From NCBI GenBank assembly GCA_951812855.1, contig OX638337.1:450001-482000 (forward strand): a stretch of 32,000 bases of DNA, given 5' to 3'. Made by a program: the position numbers and the translations under genes. This DNA comes from an uncultured Lentisphaeria bacterium. Lineage in GTDB: Bacteria > Verrucomicrobiota > Lentisphaeria > JABSQK01 > JAJFLO01. The notes under the pieces were generated by a model. That model searched no databases and was not told the origin of the DNA. It saw only the letters and a program-made list of their open reading frames with translations. Each line of letters starts with the position of its first letter. Position 1 is the stretch's first letter. This document shows, piece after piece, positions 18,195 through 28,007 of the stretch.

Positions 18195-20111
18195 ATGTTC
18201 ATAGAAAATCAACCGGGAAAATATTGGAAACGAATTCTTTTCTTTCTTTTCTTACTTATAACATTACCAAATTCATGGATATCTGAGCTTTCGGTAAACG
18301 AAGCATTCCATTCTTGTATCGCCCGGGAAATGATTAAAAGCCGGGAATACTTCATCGCAAAATATCAAGATAATCCAATTCATAATTCTCCAATGTTATC
18401 ATGGATTCAGTCTTGTTTATATAACATGCTGCCAAGCAACGAACTGACAACACGCATACCTGGCATTCTTGCGTTGGCTCTTCTATCTGTACTGTGTGGA
18501 TATATGGCAAACAGCGTTTCCGGCCCCCGTGCCTGTGCAGCATCAGTTTCTGCATGTATTTCATCTTTCATTGCAATGCATAAGGGATTATTTGCCAGCC
18601 AGGATATGCTATTTGCCTTGTTTTTAAATTTGGCCTGGCTGACCTGGTACTTCCTCAGCAGAGAAAAGCATCTGTGGTTATTTGCATGGTTTTTCGCACA
18701 TACATTTGTTTATCTTGCATTCCTTACTTCGGGCATCGTCGCAATTTTCTACTTTTATTTCCCTTTGATATGGTTACAACGACCTCTAAAAACAGGATTA
18801 AGATTAAGGCAGTCTGATCATATTTTTTCGTTTAGCTGTTTTATGATTTTCATCATAATCTGGATATTGTATGCTCCGTTTCAAAAAGAAGGTATATTGA
18901 CATTTTTTAGTGAATTCAAGTCCCGCGAACCTACAATAAATTACATTGCCCATTTCATAACATTTCCGATACTGAGTGCAGTAAACTATTTACCCTGGAG
19001 TCTGTTAGCCTGGCCGGCGTTTTGTATGGCCTTTATCCCTTTGGAAAAAGATGGAATTTTAGGGAAATTCTTAAGAACAATTATTATATCAATATTTTAT
19101 TGTCTTTGGTTTTTACCTGAGACAAAAACTGATTCGTTATTACCCTTAATCGGGCCCTTGTCGATATTAACAGGTATCCATTACGAAATACTTGTCAGAC
19201 GCTATGGAAAACAACTGCTTATCTTACCTAAAATAATATCCTGTGCAACATTGGTAATTATTTTCGTCCACCTGTTATCTTTGTTTTTCATCGATTTCGA
19301 TTTTCAAAAGTCATCAGTTCTGCTGTTGAGTGCTTCTGGATGTTGTATTTTTATTGCTGTAATAATATCATTTTGTATCATAAAGGGGTTTTTCAACACT
19401 CAGATCTGGCTGGCCCTTTTAGTTGCTGTTATAAACATTCGTTTGGTATATACCTGTACTGTAGATGTTACAAATTCCATCTATCATAACAGAAAATCGA
19501 AAGTTGGTATAATGATCAAAAATAACATTCCAGCTGATAAGACTGTATATAATCAATTACCTGATCCTGCCGGTTTTTCAGTTGAATATTACTATATGAA
19601 ACGATTTATGGTCTCAATACGAAACATTGGAGAAATACCGAATTATGATGATATCGTCTACTTATTGACATCCGACAGCATACCAATATCTCAACAAAGA
19701 ACGTGGACGGCTTTGCCACTGGGATTACAAGGGGAAAATCAAATAGAACGACTTTGGAAAGGTGAACGTAAAATAATTGATATAAGTCCGCGCAGACTGG
19801 AATTTCGATATGATGTAGAAAATCAAAAATTCATAGTCCCGCAAAAAACAATTTCGTTATCTCACCAACTTTTACATGAATTGATTCTGACGAATGTCAG
19901 CTCTGAAAAACAGATAGTAACTGTTGATTTTGTAAACGCCACGGTGATTTCTGCAGGTGACACAGTTGAATTTAAAGTAAATGTCCCTGATTCAATGATA
20001 CTTGATGAGGAACTACATGACAAACTTACTTTCTCTTTTGAAATCAACAACAAGGTTGTCGAGCGATCAGTACGACTTTTAATAAAACCTCAAATTCCAT
20101 TGCAACAGTAA
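18195..20111 (+). CDS. Polytopic membrane protein, divergent ArnT/PMT-like GT-C glycosyltransferase with a roughly 200-aa C-terminal non-membrane domain
   Basis: Many predicted TM segments over about residues 10-430. The first-loop segment NEAFHSCIAREMIKSREYFI...NSPMLSWI resembles the DE..Y...AREM...KPPL..W motif of the ArnT/GT39/GT83 families. The C-terminal 200 aa are hydrophilic. Confidence 0.55.
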   Translation: MFIENQPGKYWKRILFFLFLLITLPNSWISELSVNEAFHSCIAREMIKSREYFIAKYQDNPIHNSPMLSWIQSCLYNMLPSNELTTRIPGILALALLSVLCGYMANSVSGPRACAASVSACISSFIAMHKGLFASQDMLFALFLNLAWLTWYFLSREKHLWLFAWFFAHTFVYLAFLTSGIVAIFYFYFPLIWLQRPLKTGLRLRQSDHIFSFSCFMIFIIIWILYAPFQKEGILTFFSEFKSREPTINYIAHFITFPILSAVNYLPWSLLAWPAFCMAFIPLEKDGILGKFLRTIIISIFYCLWFLPETKTDSLLPLIGPLSILTGIHYEILVRRYGKQLLILPKIISCATLVIIFVHLLSLFFIDFDFQKSSVLLLSASGCCIFIAVIISFCIIKGFFNTQIWLALLVAVINIRLVYTCTVDVTNSIYHNRKSKVGIMIKNNIPADKTVYNQLPDPAGFSVEYYYMKRFMVSIRNIGEIPNYDDIVYLLTSDSIPISQQRTWTALPLGLQGENQIERLWKGERKIIDISPRRLEFRYDVENQKFIVPQKTISLSHQLLHELILTNVSSEKQIVTVDFVNATVISAGDTVEFKVNVPDSMILDEELHDKLTFSFEINNKVVERSVRLLIKPQIPLQQ

Positions 20112-20130
20112 AATCTGTTAATTCAGGAAA

Positions 20131-21459
20131 ATGCCGGAAAAAATAAATTATAAGAGAGCATTAGATTTAGTCAGGAGTCTATACTTTACGGGGATCAAAC
20201 CTGGATTAGAGAATACTCTAAAATTACTGAGTCTGGTTGATAATCCACAGAATGACCTGTGCTTTATTCACATAGCCGGGACTAATGGCAAAGGGTCTGT
20301 TTCATCAATGACGGAATCCGGCTTGAGAGAAGCAGGATTAACAACAGGACTATTTACGTCACCTCATCTTATTTCGATTAGAGAGCGATTTCGGGTTAAT
20401 GAAAAAGAAATCAGTAAAGCTGAATTCAGTAGACTGGCTTTTTTCCTCTTTGAACGTACGCGTCATTTATACGAACATGAAACAGACCAAAAACCAACAT
20501 TTTTTGAGTTCATAACAGTTTTGGCAATTCTCTTTTTTAAGGAACGTAATGTTGATATAGCAATCATGGAAGTTGGAATGGGAGGTCGCCTGGATTCAAC
20601 AAATGTCATTCATCCACTACTTTCTATCATAACTGCTATTGGATTAGATCACACTAAATTACTCGGCCCGAAAATTGAAAATATTGCATTTGAAAAGGCT
20701 GGAATAATAAAATCAGGTATCCCTGTTATTTGTGGGGAACGTGACAAACGAGTCCAGAATGTTATTTCAGAAATTGCACGTGACAGAAATGCACCCGTAT
20801 ATTTTATTGGCAGAGATTTTAAGAGACTTAAATTTAATATAAATAATACCGGCGATTTTCTTACCCAGGATAATCTTGTTAAGTGGAAAGATAAAAAATT
20901 CCGGATAAAGACAAAGTTAGTTGGTCAACACCAGTGTCTTAATGTGAGTATTGCAACCGCTGCTTTCGCTGTTTTAAATGAAAATAATTTGCTTAATATC
21001 AAGTTGTCTGAAGCAATAAACGGAATTAAAAAAACAGAATGGCCGGGGCGATTGGATACCTTAAAGAATGGCCTGCTGGTTGATACAGCACATAATCTGG
21101 CTGCGATAACTCAAACAATTCATACAGTAAAAACAGTATTTCCCAATAAAAAATGGACCGTACTGTTTGCAGTGCTAAACGATAAAAAGTGGAAACGCAT
21201 GATTACCAAACTGATACCGCTCAGTCGCGAAATATGTCTAGTTTCCATAAACCACAGGAATCAGGTAAATCCAGCTGATATTGAACAGTTTATCGCTAAA
21301 AAAAGAGATACCCGGAAAATTACGGTTTTTCAAGATATACCAAAAGCAATCCGTTATATTTTAGAGAGAGGAAACGGTATTGCACTTGGTTCGTCTTATT
21401 TGATTGGAGAAGTTATATCCGCATCCAATGGTAAAACAACCTTCCCAAATGATCGCTAA
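20131..21459 (+). CDS. folC: Bifunctional folylpolyglutamate synthase / dihydrofolate synthase
   Basis: Mur-ligase P-loop HIAGTNGKGSV, then TSPHLISIRERF, EVGMGGRLDSTN and DHTKLLG. Length is 442 aa. Confidence 0.92.
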   Translation: MPEKINYKRALDLVRSLYFTGIKPGLENTLKLLSLVDNPQNDLCFIHIAGTNGKGSVSSMTESGLREAGLTTGLFTSPHLISIRERFRVNEKEISKAEFSRLAFFLFERTRHLYEHETDQKPTFFEFITVLAILFFKERNVDIAIMEVGMGGRLDSTNVIHPLLSIITAIGLDHTKLLGPKIENIAFEKAGIIKSGIPVICGERDKRVQNVISEIARDRNAPVYFIGRDFKRLKFNINNTGDFLTQDNLVKWKDKKFRIKTKLVGQHQCLNVSIATAAFAVLNENNLLNIKLSEAINGIKKTEWPGRLDTLKNGLLVDTAHNLAAITQTIHTVKTVFPNKKWTVLFAVLNDKKWKRMITKLIPLSREICLVSINHRNQVNPADIEQFIAKKRDTRKITVFQDIPKAIRYILERGNGIALGSSYLIGEVISASNGKTTFPNDR

Positions 21460-21526
21460 TGACTTCTAATTGAAACGTTTATAATTATTTATCTATTAAA
21501 ATCAGATATACTGCCATAAAACAACT

Positions 21527-21835
21527 ATGATAAGGAATCTCTTATATATGAAATCTCTATTGACTGTAATCGTATCAATTTCTCTATGTAACAATTTGTA
21601 TTCCAGTGAATTAAACTCCGTTGAATCATTGATAGAGCAGAAGCGAAAAATTGAATTTAATATGACCAAATTAAGAGTGAAGTTGTTGACAGAAAATAAT
21701 GAACTGAGAAAACTCAATGAATCAATTATAAGACAACAAAAAGTATTGATGAAAAAGCTTGATGAGCAACCTGAAATGCAATTTTTCCTGAATAAACTCA
21801 ATAATATTAATGAGAAGCTTAAAAAACTAAATTAG
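21527..21835 (+). CDS. Small secreted coiled-coil protein (hypothetical)
   Basis: From the internal Met at 21548 the protein begins MKSLLTVIVSISLCNNLYS (signal-like), followed by heptad-like K/E/L/N-rich sequence. No homology is recognised. An antisense ORF of similar length exists, so coding status is uncertain. Confidence 0.4.
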   Translation: MIRNLLYMKSLLTVIVSISLCNNLYSSELNSVESLIEQKRKIEFNMTKLRVKLLTENNELRKLNESIIRQQKVLMKKLDEQPEMQFFLNKLNNINEKLKKLN

Positions 21836-22282
21836 GTATAGCCAGTTTAGTTACCCTTTACAGTCTTAATGAAGTTGATCTATATCGAACGCATCCTCAT
21901 CTGTATTTAGAATTTCGTTTTAAAAATGATTATCTGCCAGGTCAGCTGACTCTGCAAAAACGTCATTGAGTACTGTTGATTCGCCATTTTCTTCCTTCTC
22001 TTCATTTTTAAAAATCATAGAAGGAAACGGTGCTTCCTTTTCCAAGATTTCTGCTGCATCAATTGTCGTCTCAGTAGAATTTGAACGTTCACAGTATGTT
22101 TACATGAACGTAATCGTGATTTTCAAATCGGATTAAATTATTGGAAAAATATAATAGGAAAACGGTGATTCGACACGTAAACTAATTTTCATCAGTTTCA
22201 ATCCTGATGACAGTCCCGTTAATCTTAAAATAAATTTGTTCATTTGATAAAATCACTGATATTCGTATAAAACTACTAAACA

Positions 22283-23122
22283 ATGCCGAAATTACTTTCT
22301 AAATCTGATACGAATAAGTTTCGACATAAGGGACAGCTAAACTTTAAAAAGTACGTCTTGAAATATTATGTTTGGTTTTTGATTCTTTTTGTTCCTTTAA
22401 GTATCATTGTATTTGCTAAAATCGGAGTTTATAAACTTTTTTTCTCAACAAATGATCATTTCAATTTAAACCGTATAAACATTGAAATTCAAAAAGGCAA
22501 TTTTTCAGAAGACTATGTGCACTCACTCATAAAAATAAGCTCAGAACAAGATACCATTTTTTCTATCAATCCCGGCAAATTGAGATTCGAGTTATTAGCT
22601 GATCCTCTAATTCAGAAAGTTGAGGTAAGACGCCTGCTTCCCGACACCCTACTCTTAAAAATTTATGGTCGAACTCCAATAGCTCAACTTATTAATAATG
22701 ACGGCAGATTAATTGATTCAGATGGAATAATATTAGGTGATCGTCTAAAAAAAGACTTAAAAACATGGCCAATTATAACTGGAATTCAAAATGTTAAGAG
22801 TTTTAAAACGGGTGAAGTCTTAGATAATCCTCTGGTTATAAAAGCAATACATTTTCTCTCACATAAAGAACTCATGAAAAATGGATACTGGCTGGATGTT
22901 AAGTTGGTTCAATTGAATGAAAATGATAATGAATTAAGGATATACCTAAATCCCAAAGAGAATACATTCATTAAGAATAATGCCGTTTTAATACTACCCC
23001 GTGAAAACATGGAACAAGCCCTTGCAAAAGCCCTTGAAATTTTAACCGTAAGAATCCAGGCACAACAGCCTACGAGTTATATTAACGCAACATATCAACG
23101 AAAAATTCCAGTTCGGCCTTAA
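22283..23122 (+). CDS. FtsQ/DivIB-like cell-division protein (single N-terminal TM helix plus POTRA domain)
   Basis: TM segment YVWFLILFVPLSIIVFAKIGVY, followed by a POTRA-like LNRINIEIQKGNF...LLADPLIQKVEVRRLLPDTLLLKIYGRTPIAQL...LIDSDGIIL pattern. Confidence 0.68.
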   Translation: MPKLLSKSDTNKFRHKGQLNFKKYVLKYYVWFLILFVPLSIIVFAKIGVYKLFFSTNDHFNLNRINIEIQKGNFSEDYVHSLIKISSEQDTIFSINPGKLRFELLADPLIQKVEVRRLLPDTLLLKIYGRTPIAQLINNDGRLIDSDGIILGDRLKKDLKTWPIITGIQNVKSFKTGEVLDNPLVIKAIHFLSHKELMKNGYWLDVKLVQLNENDNELRIYLNPKENTFIKNNAVLILPRENMEQALAKALEILTVRIQAQQPTSYINATYQRKIPVRP

Positions 23123-23237
23123 TGAAAATCACGAATAATCCGATTTAAAATTTATACTCAGAAAATCTTTCAGATGTAAAAATAAAAATCCCGGATATCA
23201 GATATCGGTTGTTCATTGCGGGTTCCTGACAAAAACC

Positions 23238-24224
23238 TTAATGTGTACCAAATATTTCCGAATATTGATTTGCCCAATACGATACAAATATATCTGTTCC
23301 TGATCGATATAAGGCCATTATTGATTCCTGAACCAATGAATTTAGATCGCCCCAGCCATTTTGCGAGGATGCAGCCAACATTGAATATTCTCCGCTAACA
23401 TTATAGGCAGCAACAGGCAGGGAACATGTTTCCCGCAATTTGGAAATAATATCCAAATAGAATAACGATGGTTTTACCATTAAAATATCTGCTCCCTCAT
23501 CAATATCAGCATAAGATTCACGAAGTGCCAAATGACCATCCCTGTAAGAGGCTTGACAGGATTGTCGGTCTCCAGTGCCCGGTTTCGATAGAGCAGCTTC
23601 TCGAAACGGTCCATATAATGCCGACGCGAATTTTGTGGAATAACTCATAATAATTGAATTGACAAACCCTTCATTATCAAGTGCGTTGCGAATAGAGAGA
23701 ACTTGACCATCCATCATAGCACTCGGTGCTATCCCGTCGGCACCGGCACTGACATGGGATAAGGCCACCTTATCCAATAAGTCTAATGTTTGATCATTAT
23801 CCACATCACCATATTTATTCAAAACACCACAATGACCATGGTCAGTATAAGCACATAAACATACATCCGTAAAAATAATCAGTTCCGGATAATGTGATTT
23901 AAGTTCCCTGACAGCCTGCTGAACCAAGCCTTTGTCATCAAATGCATATTTCCCTGTTGAATCCTTGTGATTGTCTAAAACACCAAATAATAAAATTCCT
24001 CCTGTTCCAGATGATATGACAGGCTCCAGAGAAACGATTAACGTATCAATTGTATATCGGTATTGGCCCGGCATTGAGTTGATTGGAATTTTTTGGTTTT
24101 TACCTTCAATAATAAAAACCGGCCAAATAAATTTTTCTGGCCCGGGGAATGGCAGACCTGTCATATTCCGTAACGATTTTGTACGCCTTAATCGTCTGAG
24201 TCGAACATCGGGAAAACTACTCAT
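23238..24224 (-). CDS. hemB: Porphobilinogen synthase (delta-aminolevulinate dehydratase)
   Basis: RLRRLRRTKSLRNM near the N-terminus, a DVCLCAYTDHGHCG metal site (Cys-rich, zinc type), the active-site Lys region MVKPSLFYLDII, and YNVSGEYSM. Confidence 0.95.
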   Translation of the reverse strand: MSSFPDVRLRRLRRTKSLRNMTGLPFPGPEKFIWPVFIIEGKNQKIPINSMPGQYRYTIDTLIVSLEPVISSGTGGILLFGVLDNHKDSTGKYAFDDKGLVQQAVRELKSHYPELIIFTDVCLCAYTDHGHCGVLNKYGDVDNDQTLDLLDKVALSHVSAGADGIAPSAMMDGQVLSIRNALDNEGFVNSIIMSYSTKFASALYGPFREAALSKPGTGDRQSCQASYRDGHLALRESYADIDEGADILMVKPSLFYLDIISKLRETCSLPVAAYNVSGEYSMLAASSQNGWGDLNSLVQESIMALYRSGTDIFVSYWANQYSEIFGTH

Positions 24225-24328
24225 ATAAACTATCCATTTTTAGCCATTATTATCATTAAATAAAACCTGTGTATATATCTCAATATTTCATCAAAAAAAT
24301 TCAGACATTAAGCTGTGCACCGGTCATT

Positions 24329-26464
24329 CTACTCTAATTTTAGCATATTTGCGAAAACATAATTCGATGCAGCCGCACGAATACTTGCTTCAATGCCGGC
24401 TTCATTTGAAACAAGATAATGGGTACATGCCGCTTTTGATAAAGCATTTGCAGTAGGGCCTCCAATAGCAACAACAACCTTTTGGTCTAATGCTGCACTC
24501 TTAAAATTTGTTACAAATGCTGAAACAGCCGAACTGCTGGCAAAAATAACCGCATCAAATTCTGGTAATATGCTATAGTTCTTCAATTGGTTTTTGTAAA
24601 TCACACAATCTGTAACACCGGCACCTGGATTACAAAATGCATTTTCGACACGCTTATCGGCTAAATCAGAACGAAGTCTTAAGATTTTATCTTTTTTCTG
24701 AACAAAATCAATCGCTGATTTAATCATCGAATCTGCACTGAACCTGGAATCTGGAACAACCTCCGCCTGTAATCCATATTTTTGCAGTTCCCGATTGACG
24801 CCCTCTCCTGAAACTATAATTTTTGGTATCTCCCTAATATCTATTTTACTTAAAATGATTAGATCCATCATACAACGAACAGACGATGGAGACGTTAAAA
24901 TAACCCAGTCAAACTCATGAATCCGTGAGAGAACATTTATTGCGGACATATTCGGGATTAATCTGATCATTGGCATTTTGACTGGAATTCCACCATAATT
25001 CAATACCTCATTTTCTGCAATATCCTGCAAAATATCACTACAGGTAATTAAAATGCGTTTCCCCTGTAATGCACTGTGAGAGGCAACATATTTAAACTTT
25101 TTGTTGGCAATTGTTCCAACGATCAGCAACCCGGGAAGGTCTGATTTATTTTCCTCAACTAAATCTGGAATAGTCTCTAATGTTCCCGAAATAATTTTCT
25201 GACATGAGGTGCCGGCTGCAAATATCATGACAGCATATTCTTTTGGATTGCGTCCTTCTCCTAAAAGTTGATTAATAATTTCTCCTGTTTTAGTAACAGC
25301 CATATAAAATACAAGAGAGAGTTTGCTTCTAACCGATACGTCAATTGGGTTACTGTTACCGTCAGCCAGCCAGGGAGTGATGACAGTATACCCTCTGGAA
25401 ATCCCCCGCCGTGTAAGAAGAAAACCTGTTCCGGTAGTAGCAGCATTCAGGCTTCCAACACCTGGAATAACACGAAAAGGCAAATGCCAGTGACCTATTG
25501 CGGAAATTTCCTCAGAAAGTCGCCCGAATATTCCGGCGTCCCCGCCTTTTAATCGGACAACCCTTTTCCCCTGCCTAATATAATCTACCATCAATTGCTC
25601 AAGCTTATGTTTGGGCAGAGAGTATTTACCGTGCCTTTTCCCACAATCTATTCCTTCTGCATCGTCTCTCAAATGGGCTAATAATTGGTGCGACACTAAC
25701 GCATCGTACAAGCAAACATCACAAACTTTAAGTGCTTTTACGCCTGCTGCCGTACATAAATCCTCATGCCCCGGACCTCCACTTACAAATACGGCGGGAT
25801 GAATGAATAAACTCCTTAACTGTTGAACCCGTCGATCTGATTTTCGAAATGTAACAGCAAGATAACCTTGCCCTTTTGGAACCTGCAATTCTGATAATGG
25901 AATTATTTCTGAAATTCGGTTCTTGAGATTTAATCGATTCAATGCAGCTGCAGCCATAATCAGAACATCGAATTCACCATTATCCAAAGCTGTTAATCTT
26001 TTTTCTATTGTTCCTCTGACATGTTTCAATTTACAATCGGGAAAACGATGCAGTGCATAGGCTTCCCGTCGTTCACTGCTAATCCCAACCAATGGCTGCT
26101 TTGGTAGATTTTCTATCAAATCGTCACTGCGGAAGACCAGTGCATCCCGGGAATCTTCCCGCCATGGCAGCCAAAACCAATCTAATTGATCATCTAAGCA
26201 TTCAGGCATATCTTTAGCACTGTGAATTGCAAAATCCAGTTTATTATCCAGAACTGCCCTGTCCAAATAGTTAGTGAAAAAATCAGGGTTACTTGATTGT
26301 AAATCAGACGTTTGATCCTCATCACCGGGACTGCTCATCGGAATGATTGTAAATGAAATCCCCGGAATAATAGTTTGAATTCTGTCAACAGCATCTTTGG
26401 TCTGTACTCTTGAAAGATTACTTGAACGAGTTCCAACCGTAAAAATTAATTTAGATTTTGCCAA
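24329..26464 (-). CDS. Triple-fusion tetrapyrrole enzyme: HemC-like N-terminal domains (about aa 1-220), uroporphyrinogen-III C-methyltransferase CobA/SUMT (about aa 224-456) and uroporphyrinogen-III synthase HemD (about aa 468-705)
   Basis: HemC part: TVGTRSSNLSRVQT, HSAKDMP, GISSERRE, VRGTIEKRLTALDNGEFDVLIMAAAALNRL, VPKGQGYLAV. SUMT part: VSGGPGHEDL...DVCLYDALV, VRLKGGDAGIFGR, VIPGVGS. HemD part: RILITCS...GGIPVKMPMIRL...DWVILTSPSSV...FASSSAV. The start is TTG at 26464, preceded by GGAGA 8 nt upstream. Confidence 0.9.
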   Translation of the reverse strand: MAKSKLIFTVGTRSSNLSRVQTKDAVDRIQTIIPGISFTIIPMSSPGDEDQTSDLQSSNPDFFTNYLDRAVLDNKLDFAIHSAKDMPECLDDQLDWFWLPWREDSRDALVFRSDDLIENLPKQPLVGISSERREAYALHRFPDCKLKHVRGTIEKRLTALDNGEFDVLIMAAAALNRLNLKNRISEIIPLSELQVPKGQGYLAVTFRKSDRRVQQLRSLFIHPAVFVSGGPGHEDLCTAAGVKALKVCDVCLYDALVSHQLLAHLRDDAEGIDCGKRHGKYSLPKHKLEQLMVDYIRQGKRVVRLKGGDAGIFGRLSEEISAIGHWHLPFRVIPGVGSLNAATTGTGFLLTRRGISRGYTVITPWLADGNSNPIDVSVRSKLSLVFYMAVTKTGEIINQLLGEGRNPKEYAVMIFAAGTSCQKIISGTLETIPDLVEENKSDLPGLLIVGTIANKKFKYVASHSALQGKRILITCSDILQDIAENEVLNYGGIPVKMPMIRLIPNMSAINVLSRIHEFDWVILTSPSSVRCMMDLIILSKIDIREIPKIIVSGEGVNRELQKYGLQAEVVPDSRFSADSMIKSAIDFVQKKDKILRLRSDLADKRVENAFCNPGAGVTDCVIYKNQLKNYSILPEFDAVIFASSSAVSAFVTNFKSAALDQKVVVAIGGPTANALSKAACTHYLVSNEAGIEASIRAAASNYVFANMLKLE

Positions 26465-26702
26465 TTTTATATCTCCGCATTTTTCACATAAAGAAGAAAA
26501 ATTTGTATTTATCAGCGTGGCAGTATATGCCGGATTTTATCCGACCCAACCTAAGGGCATACTGGCAATACTAAGCAGAACAATGAGTTTAGGGCAGTGA
26601 TAAATTACTCATTTATTATATCAAAACATACCATATCGATTCGGGGTTTTCATTCTATGAACAGGTAATGCAATTTTTTTCTGGAATTTATTTCTATCAA
26701 TC

Positions 26703-28007
26703 TTATTCCGGAATATCTTTGCCGTGCGGATCTTGTGTAGGCAGTTCTGTTTTCAGCAGAAGTTGTTTCTGCATTTTAGAATCGGTTACATGCTCAAATC
26801 GTTCTGCACTAAAATGTAAATGATCAATTGGAAGATTCAGATATTTATGGAGATAAGCCTCCCATAATCGATGGGATCGGATCAATGATTTCGCCATCCT
26901 TTTCCCTCTGTCTGTCAATTTGAAGTTACCATTATCAACACAAATTTTTTTATCCAGTTTTAATGAAATTATAGCTGAAAAATACATCCCTTTCCCGTAT
27001 CCTGTCACCTTACGGAATAAATCAGAGTTAACCTGTAGATCATTAACGTTTTTCAATTCTCCCAAACGGTATAAAAGCCCCAGAATATCCTCCCGGGATA
27101 TTCTTAGAAGAGTCCAAAAACGCTCTACAGACTTAATTACAATTCCATGCTTAGGTCCGAAAAACAGTGTGATGAAAAATAATGCACCGGATGCAACTGC
27201 AATCATCCCCGCAGTACTGGTGTCCTCATATCCTATAAAATTTGGTAATTTCAGTGCACCGACATGTCCGAGTACTGCACTCAGTTCTGCAATAAGTAAA
27301 CTAATAAGTATCATCGTACGCAAACGGTCGGTAATAAGCCAGGCCGTTGCCGGTGGAACAATAAGCATTGCTATAACCAGTATGCTTCCGACACTTTCAA
27401 ACGATGCAACAGTTGTTACCGCAACAAGTGTCATTAAAATAAAATGCATCCATAATGCATTCGCGCCGACTGTTGTGGCAAGCTCCGGATCAAACGAACT
27501 AATTTTTAATTCTTTGTAAAAAAAAATAACAAATAACGCATTTAGAACGAATACTGTTGTCAATACAATCACAGCTCTGGGAACTGGAATATTAAATACC
27601 GTTTTCGTGTCCAGCGGTACAAGTTCTATTGCACCATAGAGTACACAACCGGGATCTAAATCCACAGCGTCGGCTCCTTTTACAATCATAATCAGTCCCA
27701 CCGCAAACAACGTGGTAAAAACAACACCCATTGAAGCACTTTCTTCAACTTTTCCTAATCGATGAATCAAATCGGTAAAAACTGCCGTTAATATTCCAAC
27801 CACAGCTGCACCGAAAAACATGGTAATGCTGTCTCTGCTGCCACTGATAAGAAAAGCAGCGGCCAAACCGGGCAAAACAGCATGGCTGATCGCATCACCC
27901 ATCATGCTTAATCGGCGTAATACCATAAAATTACCCAATAACGCACAGGATAATGCACTTAAAATACCCGTTATGACTATCCAGTTGTCAAGATCTGTCC
28001 AATTCAT
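26703..28007 (-). CDS. Metal ABC transporter permease (ABC-3/TroD/YtgD position) fused to a C-terminal DtxR-like repressor domain (about 26703-27125)
   Basis: Residues 1-290 are a polytopic ABC-3-type permease (MGDAISHAVLPG, SFESVGSILVIAMLIVPPATA). Residues about 295-434 align colinearly with DtxR residues 1-130: REDILGLLYRLGE, a winged-helix region, LTDRGKRMAKSLIRSHRLWEAYL, HLHFSAERFEHV, DPHGKDIPE. Confidence 0.85.
   Translation of the reverse strand: MNWTDLDNWIVITGILSALSCALLGNFMVLRRLSMMGDAISHAVLPGLAAAFLISGSRDSITMFFGAAVVGILTAVFTDLIHRLGKVEESASMGVVFTTLFAVGLIMIVKGADAVDLDPGCVLYGAIELVPLDTKTVFNIPVPRAVIVLTTVFVLNALFVIFFYKELKISSFDPELATTVGANALWMHFILMTLVAVTTVASFESVGSILVIAMLIVPPATAWLITDRLRTMILISLLIAELSAVLGHVGALKLPNFIGYEDTSTAGMIAVASGALFFITLFFGPKHGIVIKSVERFWTLLRISREDILGLLYRLGELKNVNDLQVNSDLFRKVTGYGKGMYFSAIISLKLDKKICVDNGNFKLTDRGKRMAKSLIRSHRLWEAYLHKYLNLPIDHLHFSAERFEHVTDSKMQKQLLLKTELPTQDPHGKDIPE

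Noticed and set aside
21502-21801. 99-aa minus-strand ORF almost fully overlapping the 21527-21835 plus-strand ORF
   Set aside because: Its Cys/Phe/Ser/Ile-rich product looks like the complement of a K/E/L/N-rich coiled-coil frame. The plus-strand frame has a signal-peptide-like start. Neither is strongly supported, so only the plus-strand frame is listed, at low confidence.
26920-27519. 199-aa plus-strand ORF antisense to permease 2, and similar antisense ORFs at 27820-28041, 28572-28913, 28944-29159, 29169-29417, 29712-30038 and 31043-31326
   Set aside because: These are shadow ORFs opposite well-supported ABC transporter genes with clear family motifs. Their products are low-complexity with no recognisable motifs.
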